From positions 1 through 27,738 of the IMG/VR virus record IMGVR_UViG_3300045999_005382: DNA of 27,738 nucleotides. One strand, given 5' to 3'. Shown in pieces: positions 16,496 through 24,976 of the stretch. How positions within the stretch are numbered: the stretch's first letter is position 1; the number at the start of each line of letters is the position of its first letter. The notes below the pieces were generated by a model. It worked only from the letters and a program-made list of their open reading frames with translations. It had not been told where the DNA came from and ran no database searches. The position numbers and the translations under genes were made by a program. The DNA is from a virus (Duplodnaviria; Caudoviricetes).

Positions 16496-18011
16496 TAAAC
16501 ACGGGGCAGGGTGTACGTGCTGCGGTGAAGGTGATTGTGGTCCATGTACTGAGACGATCACCACGATTGCCGCATCGGTTGGCAGCGACACCTATTCGTG
16601 GACCATCAACCAAGCGATCAACGCTATACCGGGTTGCTCGCTGGTGTTGCGATATTGCTCCACTCCAGTGGAATATGAGATTGTTGACTACTCCGCTGCT
16701 GTCGCATGGGACGGAACCCAGGGCGATTGCTGGAAGGCGTTCTACAATTCGTGGCTACCAGGTGGTTCAAATGTAGACTGCTGCAATCCACAGGGAGGAG
16801 GCGGGCCAGGGTTCCAAGGTGCTGGCTACGGCGAAGCGTTCGGTGGTCCTGGTGGTGGTCCTGTTCCAGCTGGTTCGTGCGTTGCTTGCTCCACTTGGTA
16901 CAATGCGAAAGATTATGAATTTGACCCTTTTTATCCGACAGTTTACAGCCAGTGGGGAGGATGCAAGCCAACGGAGTATTACATCTTCACATTCAAGGTT
17001 GAGGATCTGGAACTGCTGTATAAGGTGACGCTTTGGCAGGAGGTATCCTTGCTTCTGACGTTCGCCCCTTCTGGAACTCAGCAGCAGATTACAGCGACAT
17101 TTGGTAGAACGGTTTACGCTCAAACAGACAAGAGCATTCGCTACAAGATTACCGCTTACTATAACGACAACTGCCCGCGAAACAGTGATTGCACGATCAT
17201 TTCCCCAACCTGCGATGAAGGCGGTACGGGTGGGCTGATGGGTTTCTTTTATTGCTTGATCGGATTTCAGGCGTATCAGTACCCGACGACTGGAACTACA
17301 TCGCAGCTCTATAGCTTCCGCTTTTTTGATTGCGCTGTAGACGCTCCAAACTGGGTGGAGATGACAACCAGTTCGTTTTGCTTTTCATCGAGTGGTTATC
17401 ACGGTGTTGAGTGCGACAGGATTGCACCTTGTGCATCTGGCGAAAACGATTCAGATGAGAATTGGTGGACTGCTAGACCGAACAACCCAACGTGCGCAGC
17501 GATCAACGATACAACCTACGAAGTGAATCAGTTGTCCGGCTCTGGCTGGCCGACTCCACTAAATGATCTGGTCACGCAACTGCTAGATTTTACCACGCTT
17601 TTTGATAGCTCACTAGGAATCGAGATTGGTGGGCAGACTAGCGGATTCGATGAAATCTGCGGTAGCTTTGATATGGGTCCCGTTGGCGGTGGTATTTATG
17701 GCACCTGCCAGGAACCTTGCCGAGGCTTCGGGATCGCAAACGATCAATTCCAGGGCACGCTGACGGTTGACTGTGACGATGTTTGCGGTAATCACACGAT
17801 CAGCCGCGCTTTCGGTGCCACCAAAAACAGTATCACAATGACCTGGACAACCTGCCCGGTGCATCAGTGCAATCCATCAACCGCTGAACCTGAATCCTGC
17901 CGATCGTGGCTGAGTGATTGCTGCGCAGGAACCGACCCAGCAGATACCACGCTACCAGTCAATTTCACATCAGCGACCACAGCAACAATCACAATCAACT
18001 GTCAACCATGA
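16488..18011 (+). CDS. Cys-rich putative receptor-binding or tail-tip protein (507 aa, 33 Cys by hand count)
   Basis: Start at MANKHGAGCTCCG (ATG 16488). Rich in Cys, Thr, Gly and aromatic residues. Located at the end of the tail module. Confidence 0.7.
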   Translation: MANKHGAGCTCCGEGDCGPCTETITTIAASVGSDTYSWTINQAINAIPGCSLVLRYCSTPVEYEIVDYSAAVAWDGTQGDCWKAFYNSWLPGGSNVDCCNPQGGGGPGFQGAGYGEAFGGPGGGPVPAGSCVACSTWYNAKDYEFDPFYPTVYSQWGGCKPTEYYIFTFKVEDLELLYKVTLWQEVSLLLTFAPSGTQQQITATFGRTVYAQTDKSIRYKITAYYNDNCPRNSDCTIISPTCDEGGTGGLMGFFYCLIGFQAYQYPTTGTTSQLYSFRFFDCAVDAPNWVEMTTSSFCFSSSGYHGVECDRIAPCASGENDSDENWWTARPNNPTCAAINDTTYEVNQLSGSGWPTPLNDLVTQLLDFTTLFDSSLGIEIGGQTSGFDEICGSFDMGPVGGGIYGTCQEPCRGFGIANDQFQGTLTVDCDDVCGNHTISRAFGATKNSITMTWTTCPVHQCNPSTAEPESCRSWLSDCCAGTDPADTTLPVNFTSATTATITINCQP

Positions 18012-18514
18012 TCGAATCCATCTGCCCGCGATGCGGTGCAATCCATAAAGCACCAAACCCAGTGACGCACTTCGGGTGCTGCCTGGTGGACTCCACGCCA
18101 ATCGTGGATCGATCGCTCCTCCAGGTAATCCGCCACGAAGCACGGCCAGCGCGGAACCGACTCGATAGGCCAGGCGATGCGGTCTATTACCTCATCAAAA
18201 AACACTTCGGGATTGATCCGCCCAAGGGGTGTGGTTGTCGCAGAGTCCAGGCCAACATGAACGCTAAAGGATGGGAAAAATGCCTGGCTGAGATTGATAG
18301 CCTAGCAGATGAACTTGCGGGCAATGCGGAGAAGTTCGATTGGAGTGTCACCATTTTTGCCGCACTTCGGGCTACAATGTCTGGAGCATTGCGATGGCTC
18401 AACCCGTTTGACCCGTGGCGATCAATAATCAGAGAAGCTTGCCGACTGACAAAAGGTGCGATCGATGGGCAAGAAGAAAACAGCGAACAGCCGAGGCCGG
18501 GAGGCGTTCAATAA
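18008..18514 (+). CDS. Cys-containing hypothetical protein (CPRC, HFGCC, GCGC, EKC)
   Basis: ATGA-coupled start MIESICPRCG. Contains PGDAVYYLIKKHFGIDPPKGCGCRRVQANMN. Confidence 0.7.
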   Translation: MIESICPRCGAIHKAPNPVTHFGCCLVDSTPIVDRSLLQVIRHEARPARNRLDRPGDAVYYLIKKHFGIDPPKGCGCRRVQANMNAKGWEKCLAEIDSLADELAGNAEKFDWSVTIFAALRATMSGALRWLNPFDPWRSIIREACRLTKGAIDGQEENSEQPRPGGVQ

Positions 18515-18683
18515 CGGCGACCCGTTCGATAGCAACCCTCACAAAATGGGTGAGCTTGATCGCCTCTATTGGTTCCAAGGTTGGCTAGATGAATGGGGCG
18601 AGGGGCGTGTAGAGGCGATCCGATCTAAACTCAATTTGAGGAACGACCATGCAAAACTGGACGCTAAAACAGATCGGACCTAA
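18465..18683 (+). CDS. Ribosome modulation factor (Rmf/CrpP-fold)-like small protein
   Basis: GREAFNNG...NPH...WFQGW matches the Rmf-like pattern G-x-x-A-x-x-x-G ... (C/N)-P-(Y/H) ... W-x-x-G-W. Confidence 0.6.
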   Translation: MGKKKTANSRGREAFNNGDPFDSNPHKMGELDRLYWFQGWLDEWGEGRVEAIRSKLNLRNDHAKLDAKTDRT

Positions 18684-19527
18684 CGTCTTTGAGATATGCT
18701 TTTGGGATATTGGCCAAGATACCGCATGGATGCTTCTTCGTTCCGACGTCCATCATGACAACCCGAAGTGCGATCAGGACTTGGAAAGGAAGCACCTGAA
18801 CGAGGCACTGGAATCTAATTGCCCTGTGCTTGATAACGGCGATCTGTTCTGCGCGATGCAAGGGAAATACGATCGCAGGTCATCGAAGGAATCGATCCGC
18901 CCGGAACATCAAACAAACAACTACCTCGATTCGCTGGTCTCTACTGCGGTTGAATTTTACCAGCCATACAAATCGATCCTTGCAATCTGTGGTCGCGGGA
19001 ACCATGAAACCGCGATCCAGAAGAACCATGAAACCGATTTGACCGATCGCCTGACTGCTGGACTGCGATCAGTTGGAGGCGTCACGCTATCCTCGGGCTA
19101 CAGTGGTTGGGTTAGGCTATCAGTTAAATCATCCGCCAACCCGGACCGTTACGTCGCCTCCGCTTGGCTCCATCATTACCACGGATCTGGAGGTGGTGGA
19201 CCAGTGACGAAGGGGGTGATCCAGACGAATCGAATTGCAAACTATACGCCAGACGCCAATGTGGTTCTCACTGGTCACACGCATGACGATTGGATTTTTA
19301 GCATACCTCGCCAGCGCATCAGCCAAAACGGGAAGGTTTACCGTGACGAGCAACTGCACGTTCGGTGCCCTGGCTACAAGGACGCTTGGGGTGATGGCTC
19401 GGGAGGTTGGGAAGTAGAGCGTGGCATGGGACCAAAGAATATCGGCTCGGCTTGGCTAGGGATAACGGTAAGCCGTAGCAAGGGCGGGGCGGATCGATTA
19501 AATCTGGAAGCGGTGAGGGCTAAGTGA
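18649..19527 (+). CDS. Calcineurin-like metallophosphoesterase
   Basis: GAGGA RBS. All five motifs are present: SDVH, NGDL, GNHE, HHYHG and GHTH. Confidence 0.9.
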   Translation: MQNWTLKQIGPNVFEICFWDIGQDTAWMLLRSDVHHDNPKCDQDLERKHLNEALESNCPVLDNGDLFCAMQGKYDRRSSKESIRPEHQTNNYLDSLVSTAVEFYQPYKSILAICGRGNHETAIQKNHETDLTDRLTAGLRSVGGVTLSSGYSGWVRLSVKSSANPDRYVASAWLHHYHGSGGGGPVTKGVIQTNRIANYTPDANVVLTGHTHDDWIFSIPRQRISQNGKVYRDEQLHVRCPGYKDAWGDGSGGWEVERGMGPKNIGSAWLGITVSRSKGGADRLNLEAVRAK

Positions 19528-19715
19528 TGCCGATACCAAACAGACTACCGAACGAATCAGAAGAAGATTTTATCCCAAGGTGCCTGCGAGCTATCAAAGA
19601 TGACGACCTCCCAGAAGACCAAAAACAAGCCATCTGCTACGACAAAAGCAAAGAGAGAGAACAGGCTAGAATGGGTGAAGCCTCCCAAGCTACGCGAAGG
19701 GGACACCGAGACTAA
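19527..19715 (+). CDS. Small protein with a PIP...ESEEDFIPRC...QAICY motif
   Basis: TGATG coupling to the phosphoesterase. The two-Cys helical motif resembles a short module I recall from environmental phage proteins (unverified). Confidence 0.55.
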   Translation: MPIPNRLPNESEEDFIPRCLRAIKDDDLPEDQKQAICYDKSKEREQARMGEASQATRRGHRD

Positions 19716-20013
19716 CGCCCAGGGTGGAAAGCACTCGTTCACACTGGCAAGGTACGATGCAGTTCCGCCAGTGGTGCTCAGGCTGCTGGCACAGTGCAAC
19801 GGCTTCGGCTTGCGAAAGTACGGGCTCCACAACTGGAAGAAGATACCGATGGAAGAGCACATCGGGCACGCCATGAATCATCTGGTCGAGTGGTCCGCTG
19901 GTGATCGCTCCGAACCTCACCTAGTCAACGCCCTCACCCGTGTTGCGTTCGCTCTAACCCTGGCAGTGGAAGCAGGATTGCAGGCACCAACCTATGACCA
20001 TCCAGAAGTTTGA
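19600..20013 (+). CDS. dATP/dGTP diphosphohydrolase domain protein (DUF5664-like); start may be GTG 19675
   Basis: Motifs GGK...RYDAVP, FGLRKYGLHNWKK, HAMNHL and EPHLVNA. Confidence 0.75.
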   Translation: MTTSQKTKNKPSATTKAKRENRLEWVKPPKLREGDTETNAQGGKHSFTLARYDAVPPVVLRLLAQCNGFGLRKYGLHNWKKIPMEEHIGHAMNHLVEWSAGDRSEPHLVNALTRVAFALTLAVEAGLQAPTYDHPEV

Positions 20014-20347
20014 ACTAGGTCGCCTCTACCGCGTTGTCTTCCTTGATCACGCCGAGGGCGACGACGCTTATCAGATTCGCTTGGTTGGTGAACTGGTCGC
20101 CAAGCACCGCAAGACAATCACGCTTGGGTGCTGGTTGGTCGATGGCAAGTACGAGAGAGACAACCCAAACAACCACGTTTACACGATCCTTCGTTCGACG
20201 ATCCTGAGCGTTGAAGAACTCACCCCATCGCCCGGTAGTACGTCCCAGGGCGACCTGGCCGGGGATCAGCGACAGCGACAGCCTCAATCTCCCGTGCCTC
20301 GGAAAGCGCCGAAAGAATCTTCTCCGTGTCAGTCGCCGTCATCCTGA
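19994..20347 (+). CDS. Hypothetical small beta-barrel protein whose tail overlaps the primase gene antisense
   Basis: GCAGGA upstream. Compact domain LYRVVFLDH...LVGEL...TILRSTILSVEEL, then low-complexity sequence. Confidence 0.6.
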   Translation: MTIQKFELGRLYRVVFLDHAEGDDAYQIRLVGELVAKHRKTITLGCWLVDGKYERDNPNNHVYTILRSTILSVEELTPSPGSTSQGDLAGDQRQRQPQSPVPRKAPKESSPCQSPSS

Positions 20348-22361
20348 ATTTACGCATGATCGACGACCGGCTAACCGGCTGCCGTCGCTTTGTTTCGCTC
20401 TTGATGTACGAAAGTACCTTCTTCCACCTTGCCGTCTGCCAATCGCTTCCGGTAATCTCAGACCGCGCAGCCTTGAGGAACTGCTGAGTGGCGATTCTGA
20501 CCACATCACAGGCCCACTGAGCCGCTTCGTCATCGATCAGCGGTGATTGGTAGTCCCTGCTGCAAGCGTAGCAGATAGCCAATCTACGGGCCTTCTCGCT
20601 GGACCTCGCCCACTGCGCCGCTGCTGCCTCGTCGTGCAGGTTATCTTCCATCATCTGCGACATTTCGCGAAAGTAATGGCGAGCGTTGCCGGTCTCAGGG
20701 ATCACCCGACAGCCAGCGTTGAGCTCGGGCAGATTGCCGTCATGGTGCTTGCAGTGAACCCAGTATCTAGCCTGTTGGATAATAGACTCTGGCGGGGCTT
20801 GCTGTTCCGTCTCCTGGAGTGGTCCGTACTGATGCTCTTGGAATATCAGTAGGCGAGCGCAGAATCCATCGAGGAGATTCGACTCATCGAACCCTGCCCA
20901 AAGCGTTCCGGGTGTGGTCGATCCGTGAAGCAGCATACAAGGATCATCAACCTGTTTGTTTAGCTTGGAATCGCTGTAGCTTTTCTGCTTCCAGGTTCCG
21001 CCATTGATGCCCCATAGTTCAAGCATTGCATCCTGAATGGTGTTGAGTGTCGCGGATCCTCCGCTAGTCATCTTGGTTTTCTGAAGGAACTTTCCGAACT
21101 CATCCCAGACGTAGAGCTTGGTGCTTTTAACCTTCATGTCTGATGCCATTGCGGAATCACTTGACGGCTTACCTCCCCAAAGTTCCTCAGCCCCTGCCGC
21201 TGTGAGCACATCCTGGACAACTCGGATCGGTGCTGCTTTGCCTGCCCCTGGCGGAGCGACTGCGATCAGGTAAAGATTCGCACGGTTGCCGGACTTGTCC
21301 CGCCACTTATTACCTAGGAGCGTAGCCTGCAAAGCGATCGCTGCGGGGAGGGCGAGGATCGACGATGGCCGAGGGTTCTGCTGCTGGATGAAGTCAACGA
21401 CCTCCCCCATAAATCCAGGTGGTCTCATCAATCGGGCAGGCCAGCCTGCGGTGTGAGCGTCCTTCACGCCTTCGATCAGATCGTTTAGCGAGGGCTGAAT
21501 CTCATCGTCGCTAGATAACACCCTAGCAACGGTGACAGCCCGAGATGTGGCTGGCTTGGTTTCCATCGGTGTGCCGTTGCGACTGCTTGACTCCACAGCA
21601 GATCGGATTTCCACTTCATCGAGCGGGTTGGGTAGTCCACAGTTCCACTGCCAAACGAGGTGGAAACACTGGTCCATCGTTAACCGTTCGCCGTAGTGGT
21701 CGATCGCGAACAAATGGCCGGCAAGCTTGAATGCTGCGTTGTTCCTGCCACCTTCTAAGCTTGGCGGGTAGGCTGCAACGTAAGCCTCGGCGCGTTCGAT
21801 TAGCGACCCGCTGACCGGCTCCGCTGTGACAACCTGGATCTGCTTTGGTCGCTTGACTGGTTGGGATGGTCTGAGGTACTTATCGCAAAGCCAGTCGATC
21901 GCCTCCTGTCCGTCCCCGATTTCCATCCAGTCCGCTTCGCTGGGATCAACCGGGCGACCCGTCATACACCAAAATCGCGCATGGTCGTAGCACTCAAGCC
22001 AGGTGCTTAGCTCACATTTGGCCCAGTCCGGCTTGCGTCCCCTGGTAATCAGCTTGAGTCCGCTACCAGATGGCGACAGCTCAGCGTAGGCAACACCGAT
22101 GAAGCGGTTGAGTATCTCGCTAGCCTCATCCGACATCACGCCATCCAGCCCGATAACATCGTCTAAATCGACGCCTACATACTGCCCAGCCTCTGGGATA
22201 ACGAAGGCCACCGCTTCCGAGGTAGCCAGATCGTCTATGGTATGCCAGGTCGATCGATCGTTCGACTTACCGACAAACATCTTTTTGCCGTCTGGTGTGT
22301 ACCACCAGCGGACCCAGTTGGGCTGGTCCAGTAGCTCCTTTGGTATGCTGCCCAAATTCAT
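20220..22361 (-). CDS. Primase-polymerase (AEP) + PriCT-like domain + DUF3987-type P-loop helicase
   Basis: AEP motifs IPKEL, GVDLDD and YAELSPSGSG. PriCT-like EGGRNNAAFKLAG...WN...PLDEVEI. Walker A APPGAGK, Walker B VWDEFG, and DGFCAR. Confidence 0.85.
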   Translation of the reverse strand: MNLGSIPKELLDQPNWVRWWYTPDGKKMFVGKSNDRSTWHTIDDLATSEAVAFVIPEAGQYVGVDLDDVIGLDGVMSDEASEILNRFIGVAYAELSPSGSGLKLITRGRKPDWAKCELSTWLECYDHARFWCMTGRPVDPSEADWMEIGDGQEAIDWLCDKYLRPSQPVKRPKQIQVVTAEPVSGSLIERAEAYVAAYPPSLEGGRNNAAFKLAGHLFAIDHYGERLTMDQCFHLVWQWNCGLPNPLDEVEIRSAVESSSRNGTPMETKPATSRAVTVARVLSSDDEIQPSLNDLIEGVKDAHTAGWPARLMRPPGFMGEVVDFIQQQNPRPSSILALPAAIALQATLLGNKWRDKSGNRANLYLIAVAPPGAGKAAPIRVVQDVLTAAGAEELWGGKPSSDSAMASDMKVKSTKLYVWDEFGKFLQKTKMTSGGSATLNTIQDAMLELWGINGGTWKQKSYSDSKLNKQVDDPCMLLHGSTTPGTLWAGFDESNLLDGFCARLLIFQEHQYGPLQETEQQAPPESIIQQARYWVHCKHHDGNLPELNAGCRVIPETGNARHYFREMSQMMEDNLHDEAAAAQWARSSEKARRLAICYACSRDYQSPLIDDEAAQWACDVVRIATQQFLKAARSEITGSDWQTARWKKVLSYIKSETKRRQPVSRSSIMRKFRMTATDTEKILSALSEAREIEAVAVADPRPGRPGTYYRAMG

Positions 22362-22912
22362 TCTGCACCCACCTTAATAAGCCGCTTCTGGTGCTTCTGG
22401 ATGTGCTTCTTCCGACAACCCTGGTTGTATTTTTCCTGTGACCGCTGCTCTGGTGACTTCTCCTTTGGTCGCTGATAGCCGGACTGAATCTTTGACCAAG
22501 CCAACTGGTAAGCGTGCTTGAGCTGATCGCAATAGACCTTGCTCTTGTTGTACTGGCCGGATGGTCTAAGCGTCAGTCCAAGGCGACGGTTCAGGCCCTG
22601 CTCGACCGATTCCGTAGGATCGCAGAAGTGTTGACGAATCAGCGAGAACACCCGCGTTCGCTCTTGGAAGATCGATGACAACCAGCGTTCCTCTACTGGC
22701 CGGATCCCCTTCACGCCCTCCTCCTCGATCAACTGATGTATGAGCCTCTCCGCTTCATCGCTCACCCACGGCAAACCAATATCGCATGGTGTGCTCATGC
22801 TAGCCTGTTCGGTCGCCATGATGATTGACTTCCGCGACTCGCTAAGCTTCTTTGATTTCCTAATCTTCTCAGCCCTTGCCGCGCCTTCGGTGTACGTGCT
22901 CTGCCAGCCCAT
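22358..22912 (-). CDS. Hypothetical basic protein (184 aa)
   Basis: AGGAGG RBS upstream. ATGA-coupled to the primase. No motif recognised. Confidence 0.7.
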   Translation of the reverse strand: MGWQSTYTEGAARAEKIRKSKKLSESRKSIIMATEQASMSTPCDIGLPWVSDEAERLIHQLIEEEGVKGIRPVEERWLSSIFQERTRVFSLIRQHFCDPTESVEQGLNRRLGLTLRPSGQYNKSKVYCDQLKHAYQLAWSKIQSGYQRPKEKSPEQRSQEKYNQGCRKKHIQKHQKRLIKVGAE

Positions 22913-22915
22913 GAC

Positions 22916-24619
22916 CTAACCTCCTTTTTTCAGCCCTTGAAAAATATCACGATCGATGTAGATCGTATCATTCAGATCAGCCAAGTAGCCCGCCTCGATA
23001 ATCGCCTTCTGAATGCCGATGTACTGCACGATGTCAGGCCATCGCTTTCCTTTGGTCCACTTTAGAACGAGTTGCCGAGGTGACGCAATAGCACTTTCGT
23101 CTGACTTGTGGAGTCTGTAAGCTGCCCAAACGGAATCGGGAACCGGGACATCCGAGCGATCACGCCACCACGCCGCTGCTTTCTTCTGCTGCCAGGATCC
23201 TTGGGTATGCTCCAGGCAGATGTATTCCGCCACCGCTGCCGCGCCTATTAGCTTGTAGGTCACTCGAAGCATTCGCGGTTTGTGGTCCGGTGCGTAGACG
23301 CTATAGCTGACGCTCTCAATGTCCACCGTCTCCATTGCATCCTCACCACCTGACAGCACCCGAACCTCCGCTGGCCGGATGTCGTGCTTAATCTCCTTCT
23401 CGGGAAACTGGTAATCGCACTGCGTACACTGGGTTGCCGCTGCGTGGACAATCTCTTTGCACTCAGGGCAAACCTTACTCGGCGCCTCGCCACCTTCGCC
23501 ACGCTGGGTAGTTCGGTAGTCATCCGCAAAGGAGTCAATTGGCCCATGCGTGATTAGATTCCCAGCGAAGTCTAGGACCAGGCAGTCCTGCTTCGTGTGA
23601 TGTGTCCTCAGCCCTCGCCCAATCATCTGATAGACAAGCCCCTTCGATTGGCTCGGACGTAGCATTGCGATCGCATCGATGCAAGGAGCGTCAAATCCGG
23701 TAGTCAATACGTCGATGTTTACGAGGTACTTAAATTGCTGCGACGCAAACGCTTCCAGGATGTCCTCTCGCTCGCTCTTGCTGGTGATCCCATCGACGTA
23801 GGCTACGTTTCCGGGTTCCAGATTCGCGATCGATTCGACCACCATCCTGGCGTGCTTCCGACCACAGCAGAAGACTAGCACTGAATTGCGTCCAGCAGTC
23901 CTGGCCACCAGTTCCCGGCAAGCCAGATCGACCTTGGCAGCGTCCTTGCTCGCTGCATCATCGAGTTGCTTCAGGATGTACTCACCACCAGCCATCTTAA
24001 CACCCGACGTGTCGATGTGGTTGTCGGGATCCTTGGAAATCAGATTGCAAAGATAACCCTCCTCGATCAGCCGTGTGATCGGTGCCGAGAACGCCACCGA
24101 CTGAAGGATCCTATCTGGACCGATAATCGACCCGCTATCCAGTCGCCACGGTGAAGCAGTCAAACCAGCAAAGCGGAAGTCAGGGTTGAGCCGTTGCCAG
24201 TGCCTAAGCATTGACAGCCATTGCCCGTCACCATCGGGCGGGATTAGGTGGCACTCATCCGCGATGATGAGATCCCGCCAACCGAGGTGTAGCAGGCTCT
24301 CCTCCTTCGCAGCAGACTGGATCCCAGCGAATACCACCGGCTGACTACCGCTCTTCTGGTTTAGACTCGCTGACCAGATCCCTACCGGAACATCAGGACA
24401 GATCGCCTGAAACTTCTCCGCGTTCTGCCGAATCAGTTCCGCCCTGTGCTGGAACACTGCCACCCGGCCACCATTGGCGACCATCCTTTGGGCTAGCATG
24501 GCAATGACCAGCGACTTACCGGCACCGGTAGGCAAGATGACTGCCGGGCTGGTGTTACTGGTGGCGAAGTGCGCAGCGATCGCCTCGACTGCCTCCGTCT
24601 GATACCATCGAGGTTGCAT
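22916..24619 (-). CDS. SF2 DEXH helicase, RadD/YejH-like, with Zn ribbon
   Basis: Motifs RWYQ, LPTGAGKS, IADECH, GLTASP, LTTGFDAP, QMIGRGLR and CPEC...CTQC. Confidence 0.92.
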   Translation of the reverse strand: MQPRWYQTEAVEAIAAHFATSNTSPAVILPTGAGKSLVIAMLAQRMVANGGRVAVFQHRAELIRQNAEKFQAICPDVPVGIWSASLNQKSGSQPVVFAGIQSAAKEESLLHLGWRDLIIADECHLIPPDGDGQWLSMLRHWQRLNPDFRFAGLTASPWRLDSGSIIGPDRILQSVAFSAPITRLIEEGYLCNLISKDPDNHIDTSGVKMAGGEYILKQLDDAASKDAAKVDLACRELVARTAGRNSVLVFCCGRKHARMVVESIANLEPGNVAYVDGITSKSEREDILEAFASQQFKYLVNIDVLTTGFDAPCIDAIAMLRPSQSKGLVYQMIGRGLRTHHTKQDCLVLDFAGNLITHGPIDSFADDYRTTQRGEGGEAPSKVCPECKEIVHAAATQCTQCDYQFPEKEIKHDIRPAEVRVLSGGEDAMETVDIESVSYSVYAPDHKPRMLRVTYKLIGAAAVAEYICLEHTQGSWQQKKAAAWWRDRSDVPVPDSVWAAYRLHKSDESAIASPRQLVLKWTKGKRWPDIVQYIGIQKAIIEAGYLADLNDTIYIDRDIFQGLKKGG

Positions 24620-24625
24620 GGCTGT

Positions 24626-24976
24626 TCACCCAGGGATAAAGATTTTACGTCGAATGACACGGTGCTCCTCTACGTCCACGCCGTGCTCATCCTCCGGTAT
24701 ATCTCGCCACTCCTGGTCGAATCCATCCCATAGCTGGTCGCCCGCTTTCAGGCTGTCGCCTTCGACAAGCAACCGCCAGACGATCGCCCCTTCCTCATCG
24801 ACGCCCATCAACTTCCGATTCTGCTCATCCTCAAACTGAAGCACCTCAATCATCTGATCAAGTGCATCGATCCTTGCCTCCGCTGCCTCCTGCCTGCCTG
24901 CTGCCAGCTCAAGATGAAGCTTCGCAAACTGCTTCCTCAGTGTCGCCAATAGATCCGATGGTGTTTCGCTGTTCAT
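24626..24976 (-). CDS. Hypothetical acidic protein (116 aa)
   Basis: GGAGG RBS and ATGA coupling. N-terminal helical region followed by WRLLVEGD...GDQLWD. Confidence 0.7.
   Translation of the reverse strand: MNSETPSDLLATLRKQFAKLHLELAAGRQEAAEARIDALDQMIEVLQFEDEQNRKLMGVDEEGAIVWRLLVEGDSLKAGDQLWDGFDQEWRDIPEDEHGVDVEEHRVIRRKIFIPG

Noticed and set aside
14605-18514. Diversity-generating retroelement or invertible tail-fibre cassette
   Set aside because: No reverse transcriptase, invertase or near-identical template/variable repeat pair was seen.
19600-20013. Z-genome (2-aminoadenine) pathway
   Set aside because: No PurZ or dedicated polymerase is present in the window. A DUF5664-like gene alone is not sufficient evidence.
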